From Tubulanus polymorphus (lineage: Eukaryota; Animalia; Nemertea): a stretch of 64,000 nucleotides of DNA. The position numbers were made by a program, and so were the translations under genes. Positions within the stretch are counted from its first letter, which is position 1, and every line of letters starts with the position of its first letter. Under the pieces are notes generated by a model that saw only the letters and a program-made list of their open reading frames with translations, made no database searches and was not told the DNA's origin. Below, in pieces: positions 12,691 to 24,990 of this stretch. Location of the stretch: positions 15,968,150 to 16,032,149 of the forward strand of contig NC_134026.1 in NCBI RefSeq assembly GCF_964204645.1, read 5' to 3'.

Positions 12691-13769
12691 TCACCTGGAT
12701 ACCATAACAAAGTTTTACCGTTTTGTGTAAATGTTAATTGATAAAATGGCGAACTGTGTTCTTTTTTGAAAGCATCAAAGCTTTTCCCTAGATGTATGCC
12801 AAATCGATGGAAGCATTTTTGTACATATCTTGGAGCTTCTGAGGACATTTCAAACGATTTTGAGACGAAGAGTACGTATATAATGGTAGGAAACAGTAGT
12901 CGCTCTTCATCTGTTAGGACATTCGAAAAAAGTGAAACGTGCTGGGGTCATTAGTCAAGAATATCCGGATATGCCTAGGATGGAGACTATTCACAAGGAT
13001 ATAATTTATGGGACAGTGTCATCCGGCAGAGATGGATTTAAACCAATTGTGCTGTGCCGCCGTTACAGATGTGCTTGTTTTGCGAACAAAAATATCTTTG
13101 ACAAATGAACCGTCTTTTCCACATGTATTTACCAAAACTGGAGTACACATAGCGGCTTCGTTTTCTGGAGAATGCAGGCATTGTGTGAGCAAGAAGCTTT
13201 CATATCACCCACAATATTTCACAATTAATGGAATGAAGGAAGTTATTATTATGAAAATCCAAACGAAACCTATTTTCTATCAACATCTCAAACCGCATTT
13301 TCCATTGATTATCTTGAACATTTTTCCGTCTCGATAAATCATTTCGGTGCCTCTTTCAAAGCGCTCGCGGACGCCTGCAACGAAGAACACGAAAATGCGA
13401 ACAAAACAAGAATGCACTGTTCATCGGTCTTTTCGCGTACTCCAACAAGTGATGGTCAAAATGATTTGATAAATTGGTACCTGAATGAACTCAGACTCGA
13501 AGAAGCGTGTTTTTGTACAGAATAACTAGGGAATCAAAACTGAACTACCCAAACCTGAAGACGACAATATCAAATTTCAAATACTTAAAGAATGGACACA
13601 TCGATTTAGATGCAATTTGCAAACAAGCGTGGCCGGTGAGTCTTTGAAAATCGTTTACAATGTTGACAAGAAGGATATAGGCTACTGATCTCCTGCTACA
13701 TTTCACATTCAGTCCATGTTAACATTACATATACTTATAAGAAACCCACATAACAGAAACGAACTAGGA

Positions 13770-13935
13770 TTCTAACCATCTAAACCCTTACCTTATAAAC
13801 TATGGTACTCTCAAGCATAACCACCCACAAAAAAACCTAACACTGTAAACCCTAACCCCGTAAACCCTAACCCTATAAAACGTAACGCTCTAAGACCTAA
13901 CCCCCAAACACCACTCCTCTAAATCCTAACCCCTT
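13770..13935 (+). repeat. Degenerate CCCTAA-like repeats at ~15-bp spacing
   Basis: AAACCCTAACCCCGTAAACCCTAACCCTAT...GACCTAACCCCC...ATCCTAACCCC. Confidence 0.55.
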
Positions 13936-14519
13936 AAAAATATCTTTAAATAAACCAATTGCCGTCTTGATATTCAAATGCTGATTGTTTAATAATGGGA
14001 AATAGTTCGTTGCTTTTTTATATAGAATCACAGACAACAACGCGATTCTTTGCGATCTAATTTTAAAATAAGCTTAGCAGTCCTTAACTCGTTATAGTAA
14101 AGGCCCATCTACACTACAGACTAATGCCGTATTATCCGTCTACACTATTGACAAAATACCGCATTAACGATAACGTCGTTAGATAAGCCGCCTTATCTAA
14201 CGACGGTATCGCCACCCGTGTTACGATAAACCGCCTTACAATGATGCGGTATTAAGCGTAGTGTAGACGCGATGCCGCATTAGAATTAGTCGGTGCGAGA
14301 TGTCGCCCCGGTGTTTTACTAAATAAAGTAAATTTTGATTTGAATTTACCAACATCCGGTTGGCCGTCCGTCCTTCTGTTTGTCCATCTGTCGGAACAAA
14401 CGAAATTTCATCGATCGTAATCGTTCTTATTATCTTACGGAATGAACGAAATTTCATCGTTCGTAATCGTTCTTATCATCTTACATATATTTTAATCGTT
14501 TTTTCCTGCTTTAACTAAA

Positions 14520-16435
14520 ATGAGTTCGAGTTCTCCTCACCAGAAAGATCCAGCTAAAAAACCCCGATGCACCTGGACTCATAGCGAAACAAAAGCTTTG
14601 TTAGCAATATGGCGAAAGCGCAATATTCTACGACATTTGGACGGTACAAAGACAGACTCGGCCGTTTACCGATTAATTGCTGAGGAATAAAATAGGAATT
14701 ATGAGACTAGTAAGCAGGTTACATCTAGAATTAAACTTCTTAAACAGCAATATAGGGAATGCAAAGATAACAACAAACGCAGTGGGCGAGATGCTAAAAC
14801 CACTGACTATTACGATGCCCTGGATGAAGTCTTGGGTCATAGGGAAAATATTGATCCTCTATTTTTAATGGAGACCTCGTCGGCTTCTAATAGAACTGCT
14901 AGTGTAGAAGATCAACCTAATACATCAATTGAAGGACAATCCCATTGTTCGAAGTCACTGTTAAGCATTTACAGTAATTCTGATTCTTGTTCCGAGAACA
15001 ATGATGTAAACAATTCTGATAAGCTGATACCTAAGAGATCATCAAATCAGTTACCAGGAATAGAAATGAGTCAGGATGAAAGTAACGATGTCGTACTCCA
15101 AGAATTTTCCAACCTTAGTGAGGCAGATGAAAGTAGGGATTCAGGTATTTTCAAGGGCTAATATTAGGGTAGACATGCATCACAACTGTTCAGATTTTTT
15201 GCCAAAATTTATTGAATTTGATATTTTTAAAATTAGATTGTGGTGTTAATTTGTGTATCATTTATTGGAATTCTACTTGTTCAAGGACAAAACACAGTGG
15301 AATCTTTTTGGTTTTAAACTAACTTTGGTTTTGGGACCCAGGGTCCCTAGCAACGGGCCTATGGAGACAACTTAGCTCCTCATATTGCAAGGCTAATAAT
15401 TGTATTCAACTTGTATTGTAAGGTGGCTCAAATTGATACCTCGTTCTCATTCTGCTGAGCTTACATTTATTACTGGCAATGATTTCAATTTATTAGTTTA
15501 AATATGTTATGGAATATTTTATATTGAACGGTTACCCTAGAAAGATTTTGTCCAATTCTTTTTTTAGAAAGATTTTGTCCGAGATTTTGTGAGCTGAGAA
15601 AATAATTTTGTTCACTATTCCTCTTTTAGAATCTGCTAATCTTTCTGGTGAAAAAACTGTCATCGCTCATCCATCCAAGAAACGTAGCGGTAAGTATAAT
15701 AGTCTGATCAATATATTGTAGAAGTTCATTTGGATTGATAAAATGTTTAATTTCGGCTCGATCCGTCGGCACTCCAAGTGACAAGAGGTCAAGCATTCCC
15801 GCCTCCAAAGTGGATAAGGAAAATGGTAGGACAACCCATATGAATTTCCTTTACCATACTTTTATGAAAATTTGAAGTATGAGAATTAAGGCATATCTAA
15901 TGTTCTAGGTGTCATCTCCATCAGGCATGCGCATAACAGTTTGACATTTGAACTAAAATCAATTTGCATTTTCTCAATTTTAGAGCGTTCCAAAAAGCGA
16001 CACACGAAACAAGAGGAACTTGTCACCAAATTTTTGGATCATCAAATGCGATCCGAAACTAAATTCAATGAAGAACAGGCCAAATTGCGACACGAAGAAC
16101 TCGAAACCATGCAGTGTCATAGAGCTGAAGACTTTGACAGAGAGGAAAGGCGGCGGCGGCTCCAGAGAATTATGGACCATGAACGTCAGCTTTTTCAAAT
16201 TTTCAGTCATTGGTTCGCACCAAGTACTAACTTACCACAGCAACCATTTTAATCCAACTATCCGGCATCGCAGACAAATTACCCTTCTGGAGTTACCGCG
16301 CTATCCTACGCACTAGCCAGAGGTGTAGGACTTCCACCTCCATCTATTCCTAGTACAGTGTACCTCATCACAGGACAGAAACATTTTTTCCTTGGTGAAA
16401 TCATCACTGGATTTGGTAGAATCTGACAATTTCTA
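14520..16435 (+). pseudogene. Harbinger Myb/SANT-like (trihelix) DNA-binding protein, spliced
   Basis: RCTWTHSETKALLAIWRKRNILRHLDGTKTDSAVYRLIAEE*...KQVTSRIKLLKQQYRECKDNNKRSGR...YYDALDEVLGHR; in-frame TAA at 14688-14690; C-terminal coiled-coil exon from ~15984. Confidence 0.8.
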
Positions 16436-16454
16436 ACTTGAGACTCTTGGTCAC

Positions 16455-16983
16455 AACGGGCTATTGTGTTCACTTTTCGTCCGTCCGGGGACCAGACGGA
16501 ATCCAGTTATTTGCCCACTTGGGACTTTAGTCCCAGCGGGCTATTGCGTTCACTTTTCGTCCGTCGTCCGTCCGTCCATCCGTAGACGGAATCCAGTAAT
16601 TTTCGGATGTTTTATACTTGAGACATGTATTTTTGATCAGCCAATTATGGTGCAGTTGGCAGCCATCTTGGCGTCATCAGTACTCATTCGTAGGTGGGAA
16701 AAAGTTTTTCCACATTATATTGATACCTAAGCATATTGTGTTACCACAATGTATTGGAAAGTTGTGGCTCATAACGTTTTCTATGATTTTGGTGAGTTTC
16801 AAGGTCATTGCTTTTTGTATATGGCCACCAGGGGGCATTGAATAATACAATAACTTAGAACTTGGTACTTCCTTATTAGATTGATGAAAATATATAATAA
16901 TGTGCTATATTATTGAAATTGTTAGATTGTTGAGCATTTGAAACCACTTCCCAAGTGGGCATGGTGTCCCCGGAATCCTAGTT
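16455..16983 (-). mobile_element. Helentron-like non-autonomous element fragment
   Basis: Reverse complement of 62267-63376 with internal deletions: GACG microsatellite, GGGACTAAAGTCCC hairpin, GCCCACTTGGGA sub-TIR. Confidence 0.75.
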
Positions 16984-17255
16984 TTTATGCAATTTATGTA
17001 TTTACATTGGTTCGGGTGTCACTAAACATAAGACCCGTTAGGTCTTATGTTTAGGGGGTCTTAGGTTTAGTTGAATAATATATAGAGTATAAAATGCTTT
17101 CGTTTTTAGCTCACTTGCGACATTAGTCCCAGACGAGAAAGTTAACAGGAAATTTAATTTCGTATCGAGGATAGTTGAATTTAATAGGGTTATTCATAGG
17201 GGCCTAAATGTATTTTGCTTGGTATGAACTGATAAGTATGCCAAGTATTCTACTG

Positions 17256-17471
17256 TGTTATGGCTTGGACAGAAATGACCAGTTGAGATCCACAGCGAAA
17301 TATACCAAAGACTGAGCAGCAGAGTACAGACATTCGTATGCTTTATTCAGCAGTTTGAGAACTGAATTTGTGTTACAGTATTTCATATATATATACGACG
17401 TTACAGTAGATTAAACATTTTGGTTGAAGGAACACACCAGTATACCAATTGATAATTAGAGGGGTGTGACA
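17256..17471 (-). repeat. 3' LTR
   Basis: Differs from the 5' LTR by 3 substitutions and a 6-bp (TA)n expansion. Confidence 0.95.
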
Positions 17472-20400
17472 CGCCCCCACAAAAAGATAAAAATTACTTA
17501 TGGTAATTTTTACAAGAGCATAACAATCATGGACTACATAATTAATTTCACAACAATTATATATTCACAACACAATTAGTTCGCATTTTCCACAAGTTCA
17601 TATCTATTTATATCCGAGACAGCGCATCTGCAACCACGTTATGTTGAGCACTTATATGACGAATGTCTAGATCATAATCCTGTAGAATCAAACTGCATCT
17701 CATGAGCCGTCTGTTTTTGTTTTTCATACGATTCAAGAAAACAAGAGGATTATGATCTGTAAAAATAACTAATGAGTGATAATTAAACTAGAATATGCAT
17801 CAAAGTGTTCAATAGCTAACAATAACCCCAAACACTCTTTTTCGACAGTAGAATAGTTAAGCTAGGCAGCGACAAACTTTTTAGAAAAGTATGCGACGGG
17901 ATGTTCTATCCCAGAATCATCGTCTTGAGCTAACATTGCTCCCGTACCGAAGTCACTCGCGTCAACCACAATTTTGAACTGTTTCTGAAAATTTGGCGCT
18001 GACAGCACTGGGGCACTGATGAGTAAGAGTTTAACCATCTCAAATTCATTTTTTCAAGAGATTTGTCAAGTTACATGTTAAATGGGCGAAATTCTTGCAG
18101 AACTTTCTGTAGAACCCCGACATGCCTAAGAAACGCATGAGTGATTTCTAATCAGTAGGATGAGGAAATTCAGTAATCGCCCTTATTTTGGCATCCAAGA
18201 GATATTTCACAGTAGCTTTACCAAATTCAGACTTGTCGAGATTAACCGTGAGGTTCCCTTTGGTAAGATTGTCAAATAATGAGCGAATTTGGGTGATATG
18301 CTCATCCCAGGAATCTGAAAAAACAATAATATCATCTTGATACACAACAACACAAATTAAACCTCTGACTACTCTATTCATAAGCCTCTGAAATGTGGCT
18401 GCTGAATTCTTCATTCCAAATGGCATAACCTTATACTGGAAGAGACCATCGGGAGTACAAAAAGCAGAAATCAACTTGGCTCTCTCTGTTAGAGGTACCT
18501 GCCAATATCCCTTTGTGAGGTCGAATTTGCTAACGTATTTGGCACTGCCTATACGGTCGATCAGGTCTTCAATTCTTGGCATTGGATAATTATCCCTTTT
18601 GGTTACTCTATTAACTTGCGAAAATCCGTGACAAAACGCCATTTGTTGCCGGGTTTAGGTACTAAGATACATGGAGAACTCCAGTCGCTTTCACTGGGCT
18701 CTGCACAATCCATCTCTAATATCGAAATAACCTCTTTTTTCATTTGCTCGGCTTTAATGGGATTAAGTCGATACGGATTCTGCTTTATAGGCGGATTGTC
18801 ACCAATATCAACATCATGACATGCGAATGTTGTCAATCCTGGTTTATCTGTAAACAAGTTTTGATATTCATTAATGAGATCATGTAACTGTTTACCTTCC
18901 CTTTCCTCTAAATGACTTAATTTATCATCAATATTACTCAGAACCTCAGAATTTATGAAGTCTGGTTTCATCCCAGTTTCCTTTGAAAACTCAAATTCGT
19001 GATTGTCAATTGTTTCATTGACAGAAACAATTTCCGGTTCAAGGTAATGCTCATCGTTACGTTCATGGAACAATTTCAACATATTGATATGGCAGAGTTG
19101 AGTCGGCTTTCTCCTATCGGGAGTTTCAATTATATAATTCACATCACTCAACTTAGACTTAACCGTATATGGGCCATGCAACTTGGCATTTAATGCATTA
19201 CCTTGAACAGGAAACAAAACTAAAACTTTATCCCCGATCTTGAAACTTCGAAGACGAGCATTGCGGTCATACCAAGTTCTCATCTTTACTTGGGCACATT
19301 GTAAATGGTTGCGTGCAAATTCCCATGTATTATGCAACCATTCTCGCTCACATCGACACATTCAAGCAACTGATTGTATCCAGCCAGTTGCTCTCATGCG
19401 CCGAAAACTGCCTTGCAACTAGTTGTCTCCAATCGCTGTGTCGATGTGCGCTAGGCTTTAGAGGTCCCCTAACTTGGTGACCGAATACAAGTTCAAATGG
19501 ACTGAAGGATTCTTGTACTGAATCTCGGATGGCAAAAAGCAAGAAAGGAATTCCTTCGTCCCAATCTCTATGATTCTCGTTGCAGTAAGCTTTGAGCATG
19601 GGCTTAAAAGTCTGGTGGAATCTTTCTAACGCTCCCTGGCTTTCGGGATGATAAGCGGATGAAAGTTGTTGGTTTATACCTAATTGATACATGACTTGTT
19701 GAAAAAGTCCTGATACAAAATTGGAACCTTGATCACTCTGTATTGAGAGAGGAAGACCATACCTAGTAAAGAACTTCGTTAACTCTTGACAGGCAGTACG
19801 TGACTTGATATTGCTCACAGGTATCGCTTCTGGAAAACGTGTTGCTCTCGGTAATTAAATATTGTTTTCCTGAGCGACACTTGGGCAACGGACCAACACA
19901 GTCACATATCACCTCGGAGAAAGGTTCTGCAAAAGCCGGTATGGGCTTCAACGGAGCCACAGGAATAGTTTGATTTGGTTTTCCACCTTTCTGACAAATA
20001 TGGCATGTCTGGCAAAATTTACTGACACACTTTTTGATTCCTGGCCAGTAAAAGTGCTCAAGTATCTTATTATAAGTTTTACTTACTCCCAGATGTCCAC
20101 CTAACGGGGTCTCATGAGCCATCCGCAAGATTTCCGACCGATACTTTGACGGTACAACTATCTGATAGCTTAACTGCCAATGGTTATCAGCAGGGACGTC
20201 GATTGGGCGCCACTTGCGCATTAAAACGCCATTGTTAAAATAATAACCTATAGGAGAATCAGATAGATTAGAAATGTCAGGCACAGCCTAACCATACAAA
20301 TGTTGAATATCAGAGTCACGGGACTGTAATTCAACTAAATTTGAATGAGACTGAAGTTCTTTGCTAGGTATGATACAACCAGTCCCTTCAAATATTTTAT

Positions 20401-21180
20401 GCAAAAATGTGTTGTCTATGCAATATCCCGCATCATTACAAGAAACGTCTAAAAGAGAGTCTAATTTATCAAAACTCTTTTTATCATTATTTCTAGACAT
20501 TTGTCTGGTGACAACACAAGCAAGAAAAATTCCTGAATCATTAGTTTCAAAATTAGGTGTTTCTGAAACAATTGGGCTAACGTGGACCTTACCCCCTGCT
20601 AAATCATTTCCCAGCAATAAAGAAACACCTGAAACTGGTAATTTTGGGCGTACGCCTACTACAACTGGTCCACTAATAAAATCAGACTTCAAATGAATAA
20701 TATGTAATGGCACCTCAATTATCTCAGGGCCGACTCCTTGAAGGAGAACACTCTGGCCAGTATAGGTATTTTGTAAAATGGCAATGAATCTTCCAAAATG
20801 AGTGACTGGGAAGCCCCAGTGTCTCTGAGAACTTTAATACCTATCTGATCGGAGTTAGAATCTATGGACACCAAACCATCGGTGACGAATGGTTGAAAAG
20901 ACTGATTATACGACCGTTCAAGTTTGACTGAAGCAACGAGACCATTTTCCTCAGAGAGATTGGGGGTGTACCTTTCTTTCCTCTTGCCCTGCAATTTAAA
21001 ACAATTTGACATCAGATGACCAGTTTTCTTACAATAACGACAATGAATTGTTTTATGGTTACCGTTGCTACTATCTTGACGCTTATAAAAAGACGGTAAT
21101 ATGTTTGGTTTGGCCTTTTTATGAGTCAATGCATAATCGTCAGACAAGGTAGCAGCAACTGACAATTCAGTAACATTTCC

Positions 21181-21610
21181 CTCCCAATAGAAAAAGGGAG
21201 ATATAATCGTATACCCCGAGCAGACAGGCTGTGTACTAAGTGCGATATGGGAGTTGTATGTAATGAATTTCACTTTATATTTATTTGTCCTTTTTTCAAT
21301 GACCAGCGCAAGAAGTATGTCAATCAATATTATATAAACAATCGTACATCGCATAAATTTAAAGAGTTATTTTGTACAACTGGCGTCAAATTAAAAAACC
21401 TCATTTTATATATACAGAAATGTTTAAGATACCTTGTTACCTAAGTGCATAAATGCCAGATAATGCACTTGTTGCATACATATGCCCACCAATTGTATGT
21501 ACTGTCAATTTTCATTGTCTGTAATTTGTATAATGTATCTTGTAACTGGCTTTTGCTCTTCGCAAATTTGTAAATTTTGTGAGCAATAAATCTATCTATC
21601 TATCTATCTA
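21181..21610 (+). mobile_element. 5'-truncated LINE 3' end inserted in gag
   Basis: LPIEKGRYNRIPRADRLCTKCDMGVVCNEFHFIFICPFF (C-terminal CCHC of LINE ORF2), 3' UTR, AATAAA and (TATC)n tail. Confidence 0.85.
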
Positions 21611-21618
21611 AGAAAGTG

Positions 21619-22549
21619 GGGTCCTGCTAAAGTACGAAATTACGAAATATGGAGAGAAATTACGAAACACGAAACGAAATTACGAAACTACGAAATTACG
21701 AAATGGAAATTTTTTTGCCAGTAGTGCTGAAATACGAACCGAAATACGAAACGAAATGGTCACATTTCAAACACACGCCCATACTATGGTCAAAGCTCGT
21801 TATGACGCTACGGGACTGTAAAAATCTCGGCGGTGTAAATGATCTTTTGAAAGTACCATATTCAAGAATTTATTTTCTTAAACTGGAGGGTTTTAAGAAC
21901 GTCTACAATTAGTAGAAACTTATAGGATGTTCTCAAAAACAAATAATGAATACGCTGCGCCATTTCCACGAACTCAGACGCGGTAAAGCATACTGAAATG
22001 ATAGGCCCTACACATGGACTACATGACGATCTTTTTACCGCTTAACAGCGTAGTGACGAGCAATTTGAAAAAAATTCCGGCCGTGAATTTTCTTTTCGAA
22101 TCCGCATCCCTTGCAGAATCCAGACTTTTAAGCTCCTCAGCAGAGGAGAAACGAGGTATCAATTTTTTAGCCTAAACACTGCAGGATATATTTTAAGGCA
22201 CACTTTGTTCTCTAACCCGTAATTTATTAATCGCTACCTTCCAGTTGTATACGAGCATGCACAGATCATTCTCCCTGATGGCATCGCTAAACCCAGTCGC
22301 GGCACGGAACCCTGCCACACTAGACCGGGTGCGCATGTTTAAGCCAGCTCCACGAATCCGCTGCTATAGCGCAAAAAATTACAAAATTTTCGTTTCGTAT
22401 TTCATTTTATACTTTAGCAGGACCCGCGAAAAAATGACCATTTCGTTTCGTAGTTTAGCATTTCGTATAGTATTTCATTTCGTACTTTAGCATTTCGTAA
22501 TTTCGTTGCATATTTCTTAATTTCGTAGTTTCGTACTTTAGAAGTACCC
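21619..22549. mobile_element. Non-autonomous TIR element with 9-bp TSD (MULE-like) inserted in gag
   Basis: TIR GGGTCCTGCTAAAGTACGAAA versus reverse complement GGGTACTTCTAAAGTACGAAA; ACGAAAT subterminal repeats; TSD AAGAAAG(T/C)G at 21610-21618 and 22550-22558. Confidence 0.85.
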
Positions 22550-23599
22550 AAGAAAGCGCGAATTTCAGAACTAACACAATTTTTGAACTCTTCAATCAAG
22601 ATCATTTCTTTTAAGTTATCAAATTTTCGTTGATATTTCTCGATTCGCACCAACGTTTAAACAGTGTTTCTTTTCTGTGAGCGAATTCAACGTAAGTTTC
22701 ATTGTCGGTTTTCTATGTTTCACGGAATTTCTGACGATATGCCTCTGGAACAAGTTCGTATGCCTTAAGCAAAATTTCTTTAACGTTGTCGTTATTCTGA
22801 CAGTCATCTAGCGACAAGGAAGAATATACTTCCTGTGCTTTCCCAGTGAGTACACTTTGTAGCATCAATAACCAATGTGTTTTTGGCCAACTTAAACTTA
22901 TTGCTACTTTTTCGGGATGGTCAAAATACATAGCTGGGTTATCTTCAGTGAACTTCGGAACCAGGCGAATATTCTTGGCTGGATCAAATGTAGTAATACT
23001 TGGTATTGCTGTTCGATTCTCCAGCTCTAGTTGTCGCAAATGAAATTCCATTTCTTTTTTGTCAAATTCGTGTTTTCGCCGTCTTTCTCGGTCCTCGAAT
23101 TCCATGCGTTTCATTTCTAGCGCTATTCTAGCTGAATTCTCGGAGTCTTCCGAATAACTTTGAAACGACGGATTTAATTCATTTGAATCTTTACAACCAG
23201 TTTCTGAAACACTTCCATTATGACGTGCAGACAATATTTCATTTTGCAACAAGTAATGTTCTAGAACACTTTTAAGATCTGGCTTTCTTAAACTCGATTT
23301 AGCAGGAATTTCATATTTTCTTGAAAGCTCAAAAAGTTCTTGTTTTAACAGTACGTCGAATAACTCCCAATTCGGGTCAACAATGAATTTATCAACGTTT
23401 GTCGACGACATTCTGCTCACAGACGCAAACTCAATAAAGTTAACGGGGTATAGGAATAACAAATATACGAAAACGGTACACTACATAATGAGTTGCGTCA
23501 TATGGATTCCTAACTCTGGAGTTCTCGGAAAACGATTAATAACGCTGTTCAGTTATGTAATTACGCCGGATACATCTCTACAGTTCCTCAGCTTTCAAA

Positions 23600-23618
23600 T
23601 TCCCGGACAGGCCCCCAA
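23600..23618 (-). promoter_or_regulatory. Primer binding site, tRNA-Pro type
   Basis: Minus strand TGGGGGCCTGTCCGGGA just inside the 5' LTR, near the tRNA-Pro PBS TGGGGGCTCGTCCGGGA. Confidence 0.75.
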
Positions 23619-23622
23619 TTTC

Positions 23623-23832
23623 TGTTATGGCTTGGACAGAAATGACCAGTTGAGATCGACAGCGAAATATACCAAAGACTGAGCAGCAGAGTACAGACAT
23701 TCGTATGCTTTATTCAGCAGTTTGAGAACTGCATTTGTGTTACAGTATTTCATATACGACGTTACGGTAGATTAAACATTTTGGTTGAAGGAACACACCA
23801 GTATACCAATTGATAATTAGAGGGGTGTGACA
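23623..23832 (-). repeat. 5' LTR
   Basis: Direct repeat of 17256-17471. Confidence 0.95.
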
Positions 23833-24488
23833 ACTGGTACTGTTTTATGTGTCAAATTTGGTGATTATACCCTCAAAAGTCCCTCAAATTTCATATCAAT
23901 GGTTCTGTAGGAACCATGATTGATCAATTACCTTGATCTTTCGTATGTATTTGAATCCCCCAAGGGCCCACTAGCTTAAGAAAAATGTTGAATTTCTCGT
24001 TACATATATCTTTTGAAATGGTCGTTATAAAGTGAGAAAGGTTGATTTATGGTGTATATGAATATTACTTCTTGTTACACATGTATAATGTTTAAGAGAC
24101 ATAGGTTCATTTATAGGTTCGGTACCCCGATAACTATGATTGCTTTTAACACGAGTAAATTACAATGAATCAATCGTTTTTAACGGATTATTGTTATGTT
24201 TATAGTTGTTTTGTTACTTAATAATTTGCATTTTAGGAAATAGTTCCAACGTAAATAAATGGATTACATAATACATTTTATCTGAATTGAGTCTTCTCTG
24301 GCTTCAACATTCCTAAAAAACAAGGAATCTGTTTTTTGTTCCACCGTGACAGAAATAGTCATTCCTCTTCAGAATTTTACTAATCAAAGTCTTCAATTTT
24401 ATTTATGCATTTTGTATATACACATGTAGTATATAACACCGACTAAACATGAACTTGATAGAAAACATTGAGCAAAAAGTAACTGAAT

Positions 24489-24885
24489 TTATCTGAAGTA
24501 CAATACGAACGCATGGCGGATGGCTTCGGCTTCTCCAATAGGCTGTGCCCCGTTGAAATTGTCTCTTGGTTGTGGTTGACTATTATCCTCGATGTCAAAT
24601 AGCCACTGATCATTAAAACGTTCACCATATTGTTCACAGATATTGTGTAGAACACAACACGAGAGGATAATTGCAGGAACATTGTCTAACCGATTGACCA
24701 GTCTTATGAGCAAAATAAGCCATCGGCCTTTAAGGCGTCCGAAAGCATTCTCGACCACCATTCGGGCACTGCTGAGACGGTAGTTGAATTTTGTTTGTGA
24801 TTCAGTCATGTGGCCATTGTCCATGAAAGGTTTCATTATCCATGGCAAAAGAGAGTTGGTGGGATCCCCATGCCACCAATGGGAC
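24489..24885 (-). pseudogene. Harbinger (HARBI1-like, DDE_Tnp_4) transposase, C-terminal fragment
   Basis: GDP...LLPWIMKPF...QTKFNYRLSSARMVVENAFGRLKGRW...IILSCCVLHNICE. Confidence 0.9.
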
Positions 24886-24990
24886 GTTGACACCAGTTAT
24901 TTTCCGGGTCTTGTTCGGTACAAGGGTTCCATCATTGCCACGGGTAAAAAAACGAAGAATTGGACAATTATTGTCCAATTCTTCGTTTTT

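Larger units (their letters stand above)
17610..23411 (-). pseudogene. gag-pol of the Gmr1-type element, frameshifted and interrupted
   Basis: Track ORFs 22713-23462, 20719-21354, 20288-20713, 19763-20284, 19348-19818, 18603-19361 and 18148-18642 are successive pieces. Confidence 0.88.
17256..23832 (-). mobile_element. Gypsy/Ty3 LTR retrotransposon of Gmr1-type domain order, full length but defective
   Basis: TG...CA LTRs at 17256-17471 and 23623-23832; TSD ACTG at 17252-17255 and 23833-23836. Order on minus: gag with CCHC knuckle, protease DTGA, integrase (HHCC, SDQGSNF, GALERFH), RT (FDLTKGYWQ, YQDD), RNase H. Confidence 0.93.
14101..24885. mobile_element. PIF/Harbinger transposon (Myb/SANT gene + DDE_Tnp_4 transposase, convergent), right end truncated, interrupted by Gypsy and Helentron insertions
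   Basis: TAA|AGGCCCATCTACACTAC left end, plus the two hallmark Harbinger genes. Confidence 0.75.

Noticed and set aside
12405-12848. 147-aa ORF and repeat-spacer look (CRISPR-like)
   Set aside because: The ORF is a translation of a degenerate tandem repeat. The spacers are related to each other, there are no cas genes, and the context is eukaryotic.
13770-13935. Telomere or interstitial telomeric array
   Set aside because: The CCCTAA units are few, degenerate and spaced ~15 bp apart, not a tandem hexamer tract.
21649-22490. ORFs rich in RNYET/YEI repeats
   Set aside because: Translations of the ACGAAAT subterminal repeats of a non-autonomous element.
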